Shown here in pieces: positions 8,638-18,359 of a DNA stretch of 64,000 nucleotides; the first letter of the stretch is position 1; each line of letters opens with the position of its first letter. Made by a program: the position numbers and the translations under genes. Below the pieces are notes generated by a model. The model saw only the letters and a program-made list of their open reading frames with translations, searched no databases and was not told where the DNA came from. Origin of the DNA: an uncultured Bacilli bacterium. Lineage in GTDB: Bacteria > Bacillota_I > Bacilli_A > RF39 > UBA660. The stretch spans positions 4,347 to 68,346 of the forward strand of contig CANRCR010000004.1 of assembly GCA_947629165.1 (NCBI GenBank), given 5' to 3'.

Positions 8638-10116
8638 ATGAATATGGATAAAGAAATAGTAGATTTATTCGTGGATGATATTATTCCTAATCGTTTTCAA
8701 CCACGGGAAATTTTTGATGAAAAGGCTTTAAAAGAATTATCAGATTCAATTAAAGAACATGGTGTAATACAACCCATTATCGTACGTAAAATAGGTGATA
8801 AATATGAGATCATTGCCGGAGAGCGCCGTTACAAAGCCTCGATTATGGCTGGTCTTACTAAAATACCTGCTATTATTCGAAATTTAGATGATAAAGAAAG
8901 TTCAAAAGTAGCTCTTCTTGAAAACTTACAACGAAAAGACTTAAGTGCGATTGAAGAAGCAAGAACGTATCAAAAAATTCTAGATTTAGATTCGATGACA
9001 CAAGAAGAACTAGGAAAGACGATGGGCAAATCGCAAGCTGCAATTGCTAATAAATTACGTTTATTAGCGCTTCCAGATGAGATTCAAGAGGCATTACTAA
9101 CTAATCAAATTTCGGAACGTCATGCAAGAAGTTTATTAAATGTAAAAGATAAAGAACAACAAATTAACTTATTAAATAAAATTATTGAAAATAAAATGAC
9201 AGTAAGAGAATTAGATGCTGAAATTAAAAATTTAACTGGTGAAACAGAACCTGCACCAACGATGGTACCAAATGAGATGCCAACATCATCAACACTTGAA
9301 CAAACTACTTCCAATGAGGAACATCGTTTTATTCCAGATATGAATCCTGAAGTAAAACCTTTTGACACAATGGATAAAGGAATTAGTGATATTAAGTCAC
9401 AATCGTCAGATATTTTAACAACGAGCACACCACAAACAATGAATATAGAGCAATTATTAAGAGTTGATCCTGCTCCTGCAAATCCGCTTCCAACCCCAAC
9501 AACGATTCCAGAAGCACCTAACGCACCAGTGGAAATGCCAGCAACACCAAAAACAGTCGAAGAACCAAAAGATGCTTATCATTTTATTCCTACGTTTGAA
9601 GAACAACAGACGAAAGAAGATTTACCAAAACCTTCGATTATACCGGATACTTTTAACGGAACACCAAAAGATAATACAAATTCAGTAATGGATTTCATTG
9701 CAAATGTTCCATTAGTAACTCCAGAAGACGAGGACGAAACACCAACCGGTGGAACAGTTCAAACTCCTGTAGTAGAGCCACCGAAACCAGTACAAATTGA
9801 TGATGCTACCATTGATACTAATTCAAAACCAACGACCATTCCAAATTATCAGCCATTTACCAATACGGAGAGTTTACTTGATGAATTTCGAACAAAAAGA
9901 GAACCCGTAGAAGCACCTGCTGCAATGGTTACAAACCCAACTCCTGTAGTTGAAAAGGAAGAACCAGTATCAGCTATACCAAACTTGAGAGTTGCTATTA
10001 ATATGATTCGTGATATGGTCAAAAAATTAGAAGAAAACGGATTTGTAGTAAATTTAGATGAAATGGATTTCGAAAATAAATATCAAATCAATATCAGTAT
10101 TGATAAAAATAAATAG
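8638..10116 (+). CDS. noc: Nucleoid occlusion protein Noc-like ParB paralog with a long Pro/Thr-rich insertion
   Basis: N-terminal ParB box (IVRKIGDKYEIIAGERRYKAS) and HTH (TQEELGKTMGKSQAAIANKLRLL). C-terminal NLRVAINMIRDMVKKLEENG resembles the Noc C-terminus. Roughly 230 aa of PT/E-rich low complexity lie between them. Confidence 0.8.
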   Translation: MNMDKEIVDLFVDDIIPNRFQPREIFDEKALKELSDSIKEHGVIQPIIVRKIGDKYEIIAGERRYKASIMAGLTKIPAIIRNLDDKESSKVALLENLQRKDLSAIEEARTYQKILDLDSMTQEELGKTMGKSQAAIANKLRLLALPDEIQEALLTNQISERHARSLLNVKDKEQQINLLNKIIENKMTVRELDAEIKNLTGETEPAPTMVPNEMPTSSTLEQTTSNEEHRFIPDMNPEVKPFDTMDKGISDIKSQSSDILTTSTPQTMNIEQLLRVDPAPANPLPTPTTIPEAPNAPVEMPATPKTVEEPKDAYHFIPTFEEQQTKEDLPKPSIIPDTFNGTPKDNTNSVMDFIANVPLVTPEDEDETPTGGTVQTPVVEPPKPVQIDDATIDTNSKPTTIPNYQPFTNTESLLDEFRTKREPVEAPAAMVTNPTPVVEKEEPVSAIPNLRVAINMIRDMVKKLEENGFVVNLDEMDFENKYQINISIDKNK

Positions 10117-10141
10117 TAGACGAATAAGTCTACTTTTTTTT
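10115..10141 (+). terminator. Rho-independent terminator after noc
   Basis: Stem AGTAGAC, loop GAATAA, stem GTCTACT, then T8. Confidence 0.75.
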
Positions 10142-10211
10142 ATAAAACCATTTCCTAAAAGAGCAATTTTTGATACAATAATAATACATAAAAAAGAAAA
10201 GGTGATAGTAG

Positions 10212-11000
10212 ATGGGAAAGATTATTTCATTAGTTAATCAAAAAGGCGGAGTAGGTAAAACTACAACTAGTATTAATCTTTCTGCATCTTTAGCATTATT
10301 AGGAAAAAAAGTCTTATTAGTCGATATTGATCCACAAGGTAATGCAACCACTGGAATTGGAATTAATAAAGGCGATATTACGATAAGTGCTTACGATGTA
10401 ATAACGGGTAGATGCGGTATCGAAGAAGCAATTAAAAAAACGAAATACAAAAATTTATTTATTTTACCCGCTACAATTAATTTAGCAGGCGTAAATGTAG
10501 AATTATTAGAGCGTAGTCGTCAAGAACCGGGATTTGTTAAAGGAATGGCCCTAAAAAATGCGCTTCAGCCAATCGTAGATCAGTTTAATTATATTATCAT
10601 CGATTGCCCACCTTCCCTTGAAATATTAACAACGAATGCTTTAACGGCATCACACTCGGTAATTATACCTGTTCAATGTGAGTTTTTTGCCCTTGAAGGT
10701 ATTACTCAATTATTAAATACGATTATGCTTGCCCAAAAAAATCTAAATCCAAATTTAAATATTGAAGGAGTACTTCTTACAATGCTTGATTCAAGGACTA
10801 ATCTAGGATTAGAAGTGGTAGAAGAAATTCGAAAGTATTTTAAAGAACGTGTTTATAATACCATTATTCCAAGATTGATACGTTTAACGGAAGCTCCATC
10901 TCATGGAAAACCAATTATAGCATACGATCCAAAAAGTAGAGGATCGGAAGCTTATTTAAATTTAGCAAAGGAAGTGATTGAACGAAATGGAAACATCTAA
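10212..11000 (+). CDS. soj: Chromosome partitioning ATPase ParA/Soj
   Basis: Deviant Walker A KGGVGKTT; synteny noc-soj-spo0J. Confidence 0.95.
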   Translation: MGKIISLVNQKGGVGKTTTSINLSASLALLGKKVLLVDIDPQGNATTGIGINKGDITISAYDVITGRCGIEEAIKKTKYKNLFILPATINLAGVNVELLERSRQEPGFVKGMALKNALQPIVDQFNYIIIDCPPSLEILTTNALTASHSVIIPVQCEFFALEGITQLLNTIMLAQKNLNPNLNIEGVLLTMLDSRTNLGLEVVEEIRKYFKERVYNTIIPRLIRLTEAPSHGKPIIAYDPKSRGSEAYLNLAKEVIERNGNI

Positions 11001-11871
11001 AAGAAGAGCCCTTGGTCGTGGCTTGGAAGAACTATTTAATAATGAACCAATTGATTATAATCAATTAGAAGAACGAATTCTAACTTCTACTTCAAAAGAT
11101 GAAATCGTTGATCTTAAATTAAGTGAATTACGAAGTAATCCATATCAACCACGAAAAGTATTTGATCAAAAAGCACTTGAAGAATTGGCATCTTCAATTA
11201 AAGAACATGGTGTATTTCAACCAATTATTGCTAAAAAGAGTATCAAAGGTTATGAAATTATCGCTGGAGAACGAAGAGTAAAAGCGTCTAGATTAGCAGG
11301 AAAAGAAACGATTCCTGCCATTGTTCGAGATTTTACCGATGAAGAAATGATGGAAATTGCTTTGCTTGAAAATCTTCAAAGAGAAGATTTAAATGCGATT
11401 GAAGAAGCAACGGCGTATAAAAAATTATTGACAGAATTAAAAATTACCCAAGAGGAACTTGCTACTCGTGTTGGAAAGAGTCGTAGTCATATAACGAATA
11501 TGATTGGTTTACTGAACTTACCTGAAACTGTAAAAACGATGCTCATGGAAGATAAAATTTCAATGAGTCATGCCCGTATATTAAGTAAAATTGAAGATCC
11601 TGAAAAAGTCCTCGATTTAGCCAACCGCGTATATAATGATAATCTTAATGTCCGTACGTTAGAAATACTTTCTTCATCCAATGATTGGAAAAAGAGAAAT
11701 CAAAACGTAAGACATTATCATAAATCGAATGAATATCAATATGTCGAAGAGTTACTAACTGATAAATTAGGAACCAAAACGAGAATAAAAAATAATAAAA
11801 TAGAAATAACTTTTGCAAATACGAATGATTTAAATCGAATTCTAGAAATAATAGGAATGGATAACGAATAA
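10978..11871 (+). CDS. spo0J: Chromosome partitioning protein ParB/Spo0J
   Basis: ParB box GYEIIAGERRVKAS and HTH ELATRVGKSRSHITNMIGLL. Confidence 0.95.
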   Translation: MNEMETSKRRALGRGLEELFNNEPIDYNQLEERILTSTSKDEIVDLKLSELRSNPYQPRKVFDQKALEELASSIKEHGVFQPIIAKKSIKGYEIIAGERRVKASRLAGKETIPAIVRDFTDEEMMEIALLENLQREDLNAIEEATAYKKLLTELKITQEELATRVGKSRSHITNMIGLLNLPETVKTMLMEDKISMSHARILSKIEDPEKVLDLANRVYNDNLNVRTLEILSSSNDWKKRNQNVRHYHKSNEYQYVEELLTDKLGTKTRIKNNKIEITFANTNDLNRILEIIGMDNE

Positions 11872-12692
11872 TGGAATATATATTTAATTTTATAAATCAA
11901 AAGACAATCTATTTACCAGTTCTTTATATCTGTATTGCTATTTTAGTTTATGGTGTTTGTAAAAGAATATTAACTTATATTATTCAACTTCAATTAAAAC
12001 ATCTTCCTCAAAATGGTGGAAACTATAAAAAGGTAGAAACCCTTGGCATTTTACTAAAAAATATTGGGAAATATATCATTGGGTCGATTACTTTATTAGC
12101 TATATTAACCGTTTATGGTATTGATGTCGGAAGTATTTTAGCCGGTTTAGGTATATTAGGAGCTGTTCTTGGATTAGCTTTACAAGATACATTTAAAGAT
12201 TTTATTGCGGGTATATCGATTCTTTTAGAAAATCAATTTGCAATTGGAGATAATATTGAAATTGATGGATTTCGTGGCGAAGTAATTTTTTTAGGATTAA
12301 AGACTACAAAAATTAAAAGTTACGAAGGATCCGTTAAAATATTAGCAAATCGAAATATAGGGAATGTAATTAACTACAGTCTATCTCCTTCACTTGCTTT
12401 AGTAGATATTGCTGTATCGAATCGGGAAGATATTAAAAAAGTTGAAAAAATATTAAAAGAAGTAGCAGATGAACAAAGTAAAGAATTACAAAAACTAAAA
12501 GGACCTGTAGAAATTTTAGGAATTAACAAAATAGAAGATAGCAATCTAGTTTATCGTTTGTCGGTATTAACCGAACCTGCTGAAAATTTTCAAGTAGAAA
12601 GAGACTTAAGAAGAGCTATCAAAATTCATTTTGATCAAGCAAATATAAAAATTGCTTATCCTCATATGGAGGTAACCCATGGAGACAAATAA
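11871..12692 (+). CDS. mscS: Small-conductance mechanosensitive channel (MscS family)
   Basis: Three N-terminal transmembrane helices and an MscS beta-domain signature (LALQDTFKDFIAGISILLENQFAIGDNIEIDGFRGEV). Confidence 0.8.
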   Translation: MEYIFNFINQKTIYLPVLYICIAILVYGVCKRILTYIIQLQLKHLPQNGGNYKKVETLGILLKNIGKYIIGSITLLAILTVYGIDVGSILAGLGILGAVLGLALQDTFKDFIAGISILLENQFAIGDNIEIDGFRGEVIFLGLKTTKIKSYEGSVKILANRNIGNVINYSLSPSLALVDIAVSNREDIKKVEKILKEVADEQSKELQKLKGPVEILGINKIEDSNLVYRLSVLTEPAENFQVERDLRRAIKIHFDQANIKIAYPHMEVTHGDK

Positions 12693-12867
12693 TTATCAAT
12701 TAGGTTCTAAAGTTTTAATGAAAAAAAAACATCCTTGTGGTAGCGCTGAATGGGAAATCATTCGCGTTGGGATCGATATTAAAATAAAATGTATGGGATG
12801 TGGACATACTGTCTTAATTCCACGAATTGAATTTAATAAAAAAATTAAAAAAGTATTATCTGAATAA
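12679..12867 (+). CDS. DUF951 zinc-ribbon protein (YyzM-like)
   Basis: 62 aa with two CxxC pairs (CGS...CMGCGH). A conserved small gene in this origin-proximal neighbourhood of Bacilli. Confidence 0.6.
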   Translation: METNNYQLGSKVLMKKKHPCGSAEWEIIRVGIDIKIKCMGCGHTVLIPRIEFNKKIKKVLSE

Positions 12868-12879
12868 AGAAGGGAAAGT

Positions 12880-14493
12880 ATGAGAGAAAAAAAGAAATTA
12901 AAACTTAAAAAATTTAATTTACATCCCATCACATCCATTATTATAATGATTTTCTTAACCGTTATTATAAGTGGTATTTTTTCATGGTTGGAAGTTCAAG
13001 CAACTTACAGTAGAATTAATCCAGCTACAAACCAACTTGAAAATGTCTTAATTACGGTAGAAAATCTGTTTAGTTACGATGGCTTAAAGTTTATTATAAG
13101 TAATGCGGCCCGTAATTTTATTAGTTTTACTCCTTTAAGTACCTTATTGATTGCCTTAATTGGAGTAAGTGTCGCTCAAGCAACGGGTTTTTTTGATACT
13201 TTGATCAAACGTCATTTTGTAAAACTAAACAATCAATTTATTACTTTTATGCTCATATTTGTTGCGACTATTTCAAGTATTATTAACGATGTTGGATACG
13301 TAATACTAATTCCTTTAGGAGCTATTATCTTCCTTGCAAATAATCGAAATCCATTGGCTGGAATTATCGCTGCTTTTTCGGGAGTCGCTTTTGGATATGG
13401 TGCAACCATATTTGTGGGTTCGATGGAAGTGAATTTAATTCCGATTACAAGTCAAGCGGCAAGTTTAATTGATACCACTTTAATGGAAGGGGTTAGTCAT
13501 ATCAGTTTGACTTCGAATTTATTTATTATTATTGCCACTTCCTTGATTCTTTCTATCGTCGGAACACTCGTAATCGAAAAAATCATTGTTCCAAAATTAG
13601 GTCGTTATAAAGAAAAGACGGATTTATCTGAAACGACGACCAATCTTCAAGTTGTCGATATCGAAGAAGAGGAACAAAAGAAATTAGAGACTGAATTAAG
13701 AGAAAAGAAAGGCCTTCGTAATGCGCTCATTGCGGGAATTATTATTCTATTTATATTTATTTATTCTTTAATACCGGGTCTTCCATTTTCTGGAATATTA
13801 CTAGATATGGAACAAAAGGCATATGTGGATCAACTCTTTGGAACCAACGCTTATTTTCAAGATGGATTTACTTACTTAGTATCGATTTTCTTCCTCGTAA
13901 CCGGAATTGCATACGGAAAAGGTGCAAAGACATTTAAAAACGATAAGGAACTCTTTAATAAAACTGGCGAAGTCATGAAAGATATTGGAAGCATCGTAGT
14001 TATGATCTTCTTTGCTTCTCAATTAGTAGCTATCTTCCGTCAAACGAATATCGGAAATATAATTACGGCTTGGGGTGCCAATATTATTAGTAATTTATCC
14101 TTTACAGGTATTCCTTTAATATTACTTGTGTTAGTAGTAATTGCTGTAGTTAATTTATTTGCCACAACACCGGTATTAAAATGGAATATTTTAGCTCCTG
14201 TCGTAGTTCCTTGTTTAATGCAATCAAATATTACGCCTCAATTTGCCCAATTTATTTTAAGAGCAGGCGATTCGATGACCAAAGGATTGACTCCGCTACT
14301 AGCGTATTTTATAATTTATGTAGCTTATTTAAATATTTATAATAAAAAAAGAGATACGCCAATTACTATTAAACAATCGATTGCATGGATTGCTCCCTAT
14401 GGTGGAATCATGTGTATCACATGGATTTTAATTATTGTCGGTTGGTATTTAATAGGATTACCGATTGGACCAGGGGTATTTCCTACGGCATAA
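12880..14493 (+). CDS. abgT: AbgT-family transporter (p-aminobenzoyl-glutamate/antimetabolite exporter family)
   Basis: 537-aa polytopic membrane protein with AbgT-like organisation (two hydrophobic halves, central charged loop). Confidence 0.6.
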   Translation: MREKKKLKLKKFNLHPITSIIIMIFLTVIISGIFSWLEVQATYSRINPATNQLENVLITVENLFSYDGLKFIISNAARNFISFTPLSTLLIALIGVSVAQATGFFDTLIKRHFVKLNNQFITFMLIFVATISSIINDVGYVILIPLGAIIFLANNRNPLAGIIAAFSGVAFGYGATIFVGSMEVNLIPITSQAASLIDTTLMEGVSHISLTSNLFIIIATSLILSIVGTLVIEKIIVPKLGRYKEKTDLSETTTNLQVVDIEEEEQKKLETELREKKGLRNALIAGIIILFIFIYSLIPGLPFSGILLDMEQKAYVDQLFGTNAYFQDGFTYLVSIFFLVTGIAYGKGAKTFKNDKELFNKTGEVMKDIGSIVVMIFFASQLVAIFRQTNIGNIITAWGANIISNLSFTGIPLILLVLVVIAVVNLFATTPVLKWNILAPVVVPCLMQSNITPQFAQFILRAGDSMTKGLTPLLAYFIIYVAYLNIYNKKRDTPITIKQSIAWIAPYGGIMCITWILIIVGWYLIGLPIGPGVFPTA

Positions 14494-14584
14494 AAGATAT
14501 AAGAGAGAGGTTTTCCCTCTTTTTTTCTTTCTAAAAAGAAGTACCTATGCTATAATAACTATGAAAAGAAAGAGGTAATTAAAA

Positions 14585-15685
14585 ATGAGTTTAACCGCTG
14601 GAATTGTTGGTTTGCCTAATGTTGGTAAATCAACCTTATTTAACGCTATTACAAAAAAGAATATTTTAGCAGCCAATTATCCTTTTGCAACTATCGATCC
14701 GAATGTAGGAGTGGTAACGGTTCCTGATGAACGTCTTGCAAAATTAGAAGCGATGTATACACCTGAACGTACGATTCCTACTTCTTTTGAATTTACGGAT
14801 ATTGCAGGCCTTGTCAAAGGGGCAAGTCAAGGAGAAGGTTTAGGAAATCAATTTCTATCTTATATTCGTGAAACCGACGCTATATGTGAAGTTGTTCGTT
14901 GCTTTGAAGATAACAATATCATCCACGTCGAAGGGGGAATTGACCCTATTCGTGATATTGAAATAATCAATCTAGAATTAACGATTGCCGACCTAGAAAT
15001 TGTAGGAAATCGAATTGATAAAATGAAGAAAAAGGTCGAATCTAGCAAAGATAAAGAAGCACTAATTGAAATGGAGGCTTTAAAAAAAGCAAAAGAGGCC
15101 CTAGAAAAAAACATTCCTTTACGATTGGTAGACTTTTCTCAAGTGGAACAAAAAGCCCTTAAATCTTATAGTTTCCTTACGATTAAACCAATGATTTATC
15201 TTGCGAACATTAGTGAAGATGAAATTGCTAGTAAAGATAATGATTATGTATTAAAAGTACGCGCTTATGCCGAAAAAGAACATGCCAAATGTGTTAAAAT
15301 ATGTGCTAAAGTTGAATCGGAATTAAGTGAATTAAATGATGATGACAAAAAAGAAATGTTAGAAATGCTTGGTTTAAAAGAAAGTGGATTGGATCTTTTA
15401 ATTAAAGAAACATACGATTTACTTGGATTAGCAACTTATTTTACCGTTGGGCCAGATGAATGTCGGGCATGGACTTTTCGTAAAGGAATGAATGCAAAAG
15501 AATGTGCAGGTATCATTCATACGGATTTTGAAAAAGGTTTTATTCGTGCCGAAGTAATGTCTTATCAAGATTTAGTTGATTGTGGAAATGAACTTAAAGT
15601 TAAAGAAGCAGGAAAAGCTCGATTAGAAGGAAAAGATTATATTATGCAAGATGGAGATATTTGTCATTTCCGTTTTAATGTATAA
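14585..15685 (+). CDS. ychF: Ribosome-binding ATPase YchF
   Basis: G1 motif GLPNVGKST, TGS C-terminal domain, 366 aa. Confidence 0.95.
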   Translation: MSLTAGIVGLPNVGKSTLFNAITKKNILAANYPFATIDPNVGVVTVPDERLAKLEAMYTPERTIPTSFEFTDIAGLVKGASQGEGLGNQFLSYIRETDAICEVVRCFEDNNIIHVEGGIDPIRDIEIINLELTIADLEIVGNRIDKMKKKVESSKDKEALIEMEALKKAKEALEKNIPLRLVDFSQVEQKALKSYSFLTIKPMIYLANISEDEIASKDNDYVLKVRAYAEKEHAKCVKICAKVESELSELNDDDKKEMLEMLGLKESGLDLLIKETYDLLGLATYFTVGPDECRAWTFRKGMNAKECAGIIHTDFEKGFIRAEVMSYQDLVDCGNELKVKEAGKARLEGKDYIMQDGDICHFRFNV

Positions 15686-15720
15686 ATCATTTAAATTTTT
15701 AATAAAAAGCAAAAAGAACA

Positions 15721-15819
15721 TTTACAAATAATGAAACTTTTGTTATACTACTAGCGAGTATTTCGATACTCCTTGCCGAATTAAATGTTCGGCCATTTGT
15801 CCAAAAGGAGGTGTAAAAA
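15721..15819 (+). promoter_or_regulatory. rpsF promoter (TTTACA, 17 nt, extended TGtTATACT) and structured 5-prime leader with two hairpins
   Basis: -35 at 15721-15726, -10 at 15744-15749. Hairpins GAGTAT/ATACTC (15756-15771) and GCCGAA/TTCGGC (15775-15793) precede RBS AAAGGAGGTG. Confidence 0.5.
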
Positions 15820-16110
15820 ATGAAACAGTACGAAGTAATGTTCATTGTTAGACCGGATTTAGAGAAAGAAGCAAACCAAAAGGTAGCAGAAGAAATGAAG
15901 AAGGTTTTAACAAGCAAAGGTGCTAAAATCCTCGAAGAAAAAGAAATGGGTCAAAAGGAATTAGCTTACGAAATTAAAAAGTACAAAACAGGATATTACT
16001 ATTTCTTCAAAGTAGAAGTAAAGGATGCTACTGCAACCGAAGAATTCACTCGTGTAGCAAGTTTAAACGAAGATGTAATTCGTCATTTAGTGGTTAAAGT
16101 AGAAGACTAA
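15820..16110 (+). CDS. rpsF: 30S ribosomal protein S6
   Basis: MKQYEVMFIVRPDLEKE... canonical S6; rpsF-ssb-rpsR operon. Confidence 0.95.
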   Translation: MKQYEVMFIVRPDLEKEANQKVAEEMKKVLTSKGAKILEEKEMGQKELAYEIKKYKTGYYYFFKVEVKDATATEEFTRVASLNEDVIRHLVVKVED

Positions 16111-16124
16111 GAGAGGTAAAAAGA

Positions 16125-16604
16125 ATGAATAAAGTATTTTTAATTGGACGCTTAACAAAAGATCCTGAATTAAGATATACAGGAAGTAATACACCTGTAG
16201 CAAGTTTCACTGTCGCTGTAAATCGTAATTTTACGAATCAGTCAGGGGAACGCGAAGCTGATTTCATTCCTGTGGTTGTTTGGAGAAAACAAGCAGAAAA
16301 TGTAAAAAATTATTTAACACAAGGTAGCCAAGTTGCCATCGATGGACGCATTCAAACACGTTCTTACGACGATAATCAAGGACAACGTCGTTATGTTACA
16401 GAAGTCATTGCCGACAATGTACAGTTTTTAGATACAAAAGGTAGTAGAGAAAACAGTACATCAAACAATGAAACTTCTAATAACAATCCAACTCCTTACG
16501 ATTTCGATCCAACCGATGAACCGAAGACTACCGATGTTAAAAACGATCCATTTGCTGATTTTGGTGCCAATATTGAAATTAGCGATGACGATCTACCATT
16601 CTAA
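16125..16604 (+). CDS. ssb: Single-stranded DNA-binding protein
   Basis: OB-fold N-terminus and acidic C-terminal tail ending DDDLPF. Confidence 0.95.
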   Translation: MNKVFLIGRLTKDPELRYTGSNTPVASFTVAVNRNFTNQSGEREADFIPVVVWRKQAENVKNYLTQGSQVAIDGRIQTRSYDDNQGQRRYVTEVIADNVQFLDTKGSRENSTSNNETSNNNPTPYDFDPTDEPKTTDVKNDPFADFGANIEISDDDLPF

Positions 16605-16621
16605 TAGAAAGGAGATTTAAC

Positions 16622-16837
16622 ATGGCAGAATTTTTTAGAAAAAAGAAAAAAGTTTGTTACATGTGTACCGGTAAAAATATCGATTACAAAGATGTAGAAA
16701 CTTTAAAGAAATATATTAATGATAAAGGTAAAATTTTACCTCGTCGTGTAACAGGAGCTTGTGCAAGACATCAAAGACACATTGCAACACAAATTAAAAG
16801 AGCTCGTGCTATTGGATTATTACCATATACAAAATAA
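16622..16837 (+). CDS. rpsR: 30S ribosomal protein S18
   Basis: Canonical S18 sequence with [21 protein letters not shown]. Confidence 0.95.
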   Translation: MAEFFRKKKKVCYMCTGKNIDYKDVETLKKYINDKGKILPRRVTGACARHQRHIATQIKRARAIGLLPYTK

Positions 16838-16838
16838 G

Positions 16839-16866
16839 AAAACCGAAGTTATTCGGTTTTTTCTTT
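16839..16866 (+). terminator. Rho-independent terminator after rpsR
   Basis: Stem AACCGAA, loop GTTA, stem TTCGGTT, then a T-run. Confidence 0.8.
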
Positions 16867-16940
16867 TCGTGTACAAAACTTGGAAAACGAACTAAAATAG
16901 TGTATAATATATATTGGTATAGTGCCATTAGGAGGAATTC

Positions 16941-17897
16941 ATGGAAATAAACAAAAACAACTTTTTAAAAGCCTTAAATGGAATCGAAAGAGTCTATATC
17001 ATGGGTCACATTGAATTAGATTTAGACGCTTTAGGAAGTGCTATTGGACTAGTAAGTATACTAGAACAACTAGGAAAAAAAGCAGCTATCATCATTAATG
17101 ACAAAAAACCTGAGTTAGCCGTAAAAAGTGTTCTTGAAAAAATGGGTAATAAGATTACTTTTCTAAAAGGATCAGAGGTAACCCCTCATAATAAAGATTT
17201 AGTAATTGTGGTTGATACGAATAAACAAAGTATCGTTCAAGATCCAGAATTACTTACCAAAATTCCCAATCGCATGGTAATCGATCATCACAGTATAGGA
17301 GAAGATCATCTTGAAGCAAAATATATCTTCATCGATAGTGAAGCATCTTCTACTTGCCAAATTATCGTTGACCTATTAAAAGAGTTAGCAATCACTTTAC
17401 CGAAAGAAATAAATACGATTCTCCTATCTGGGATCGTTCTAGATACAAATAATTTTGTTGTAAAAACAGATGAAAAGACGTATTATAATGCTTATCTACT
17501 CACCAAAGCGGGAGCCAATCCTACCGAAGTACAATATTTACTAAAACAGGACATAAAAAACTACAGTGCGCGTCAAAAAGTAATTACCAATGTAAAAGTG
17601 TATCACGGTTTAGCAATTACCACCGGTGATAGCAATGTTCGTTATCGAAGAGAAGATCTTGCTAAAATTGCCGACACATTATTACAATTTAAAGGAATTG
17701 AAGCCTCGTTTGTAATCGGTTTATTAGATGAAAATACAGTAGGAATAAGTGCTCGTTCCATGGGAAATTACTCTGTTCAAGAGATTATGGAAAAAATGGG
17801 TGGTGGAGGAGATCACGATGCGGCCGCTACGAAAATAGCAGGAAAATCTTTAAAAGAAGCGGCCAAAGAATTATTCCAAATCATAAAAGAAAGATAG
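16941..17897 (+). CDS. nrnA: DHH/DHHA1 family phosphoesterase (NrnA-like oligoribonuclease/pAp phosphatase)
   Basis: DHH motif (IDHHS) and DHHA1 GGGH motif (GGGGDHDAA); 318 aa. Confidence 0.75.
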   Translation: MEINKNNFLKALNGIERVYIMGHIELDLDALGSAIGLVSILEQLGKKAAIIINDKKPELAVKSVLEKMGNKITFLKGSEVTPHNKDLVIVVDTNKQSIVQDPELLTKIPNRMVIDHHSIGEDHLEAKYIFIDSEASSTCQIIVDLLKELAITLPKEINTILLSGIVLDTNNFVVKTDEKTYYNAYLLTKAGANPTEVQYLLKQDIKNYSARQKVITNVKVYHGLAITTGDSNVRYRREDLAKIADTLLQFKGIEASFVIGLLDENTVGISARSMGNYSVQEIMEKMGGGGDHDAAATKIAGKSLKEAAKELFQIIKER

Positions 17898-17907
17898 GTG
17901 AATTATG

Positions 17908-18348
17908 ATGGAAGTAATTTTCATTAAAGATTTAAAGGGACAAGGAAAAAAAGACGAAATTAAAAATGTAAAAGATGGATATGCACAAAACTTTCTGATT
18001 AAGAAAGGATATGCAGTACCTTTAAATGAAATGAATCTTGCTAAATTAAAAAGAGATCAAGCAACTGCCAAAAAGCAGGATGAAGAAGCTCGTCAAAAAG
18101 CGATGGAGACAAAATCAAAAATCGAAAAGGAAATATTTACTTTTCAAGTGAAAACTGGTAAAGAAGATCGCGTTTTTGGAAGTGTCAGTCCAAAACAACT
18201 CAAGGAACAACTTGATAAAAAAGGATATCTTGTAGATAAAAGACAAATTCAATTAGAAAATAATCTTACCAGTCTCGGTTTTCATACCGTAGAGATTGAA
18301 TTATATAAAGGAGTTACTGCAAAAATACGCGTACAACTCGTGAAGTAG
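17908..18348 (+). CDS. rplI: 50S ribosomal protein L9
   Basis: [30 protein letters not shown] is canonical L9. The second ATG is chosen for RBS spacing (AGGTGA 6 nt upstream). Confidence 0.9.
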   Translation: MEVIFIKDLKGQGKKDEIKNVKDGYAQNFLIKKGYAVPLNEMNLAKLKRDQATAKKQDEEARQKAMETKSKIEKEIFTFQVKTGKEDRVFGSVSPKQLKEQLDKKGYLVDKRQIQLENNLTSLGFHTVEIELYKGVTAKIRVQLVK

Positions 18349-18359
18349 GAGGTGTTTTT

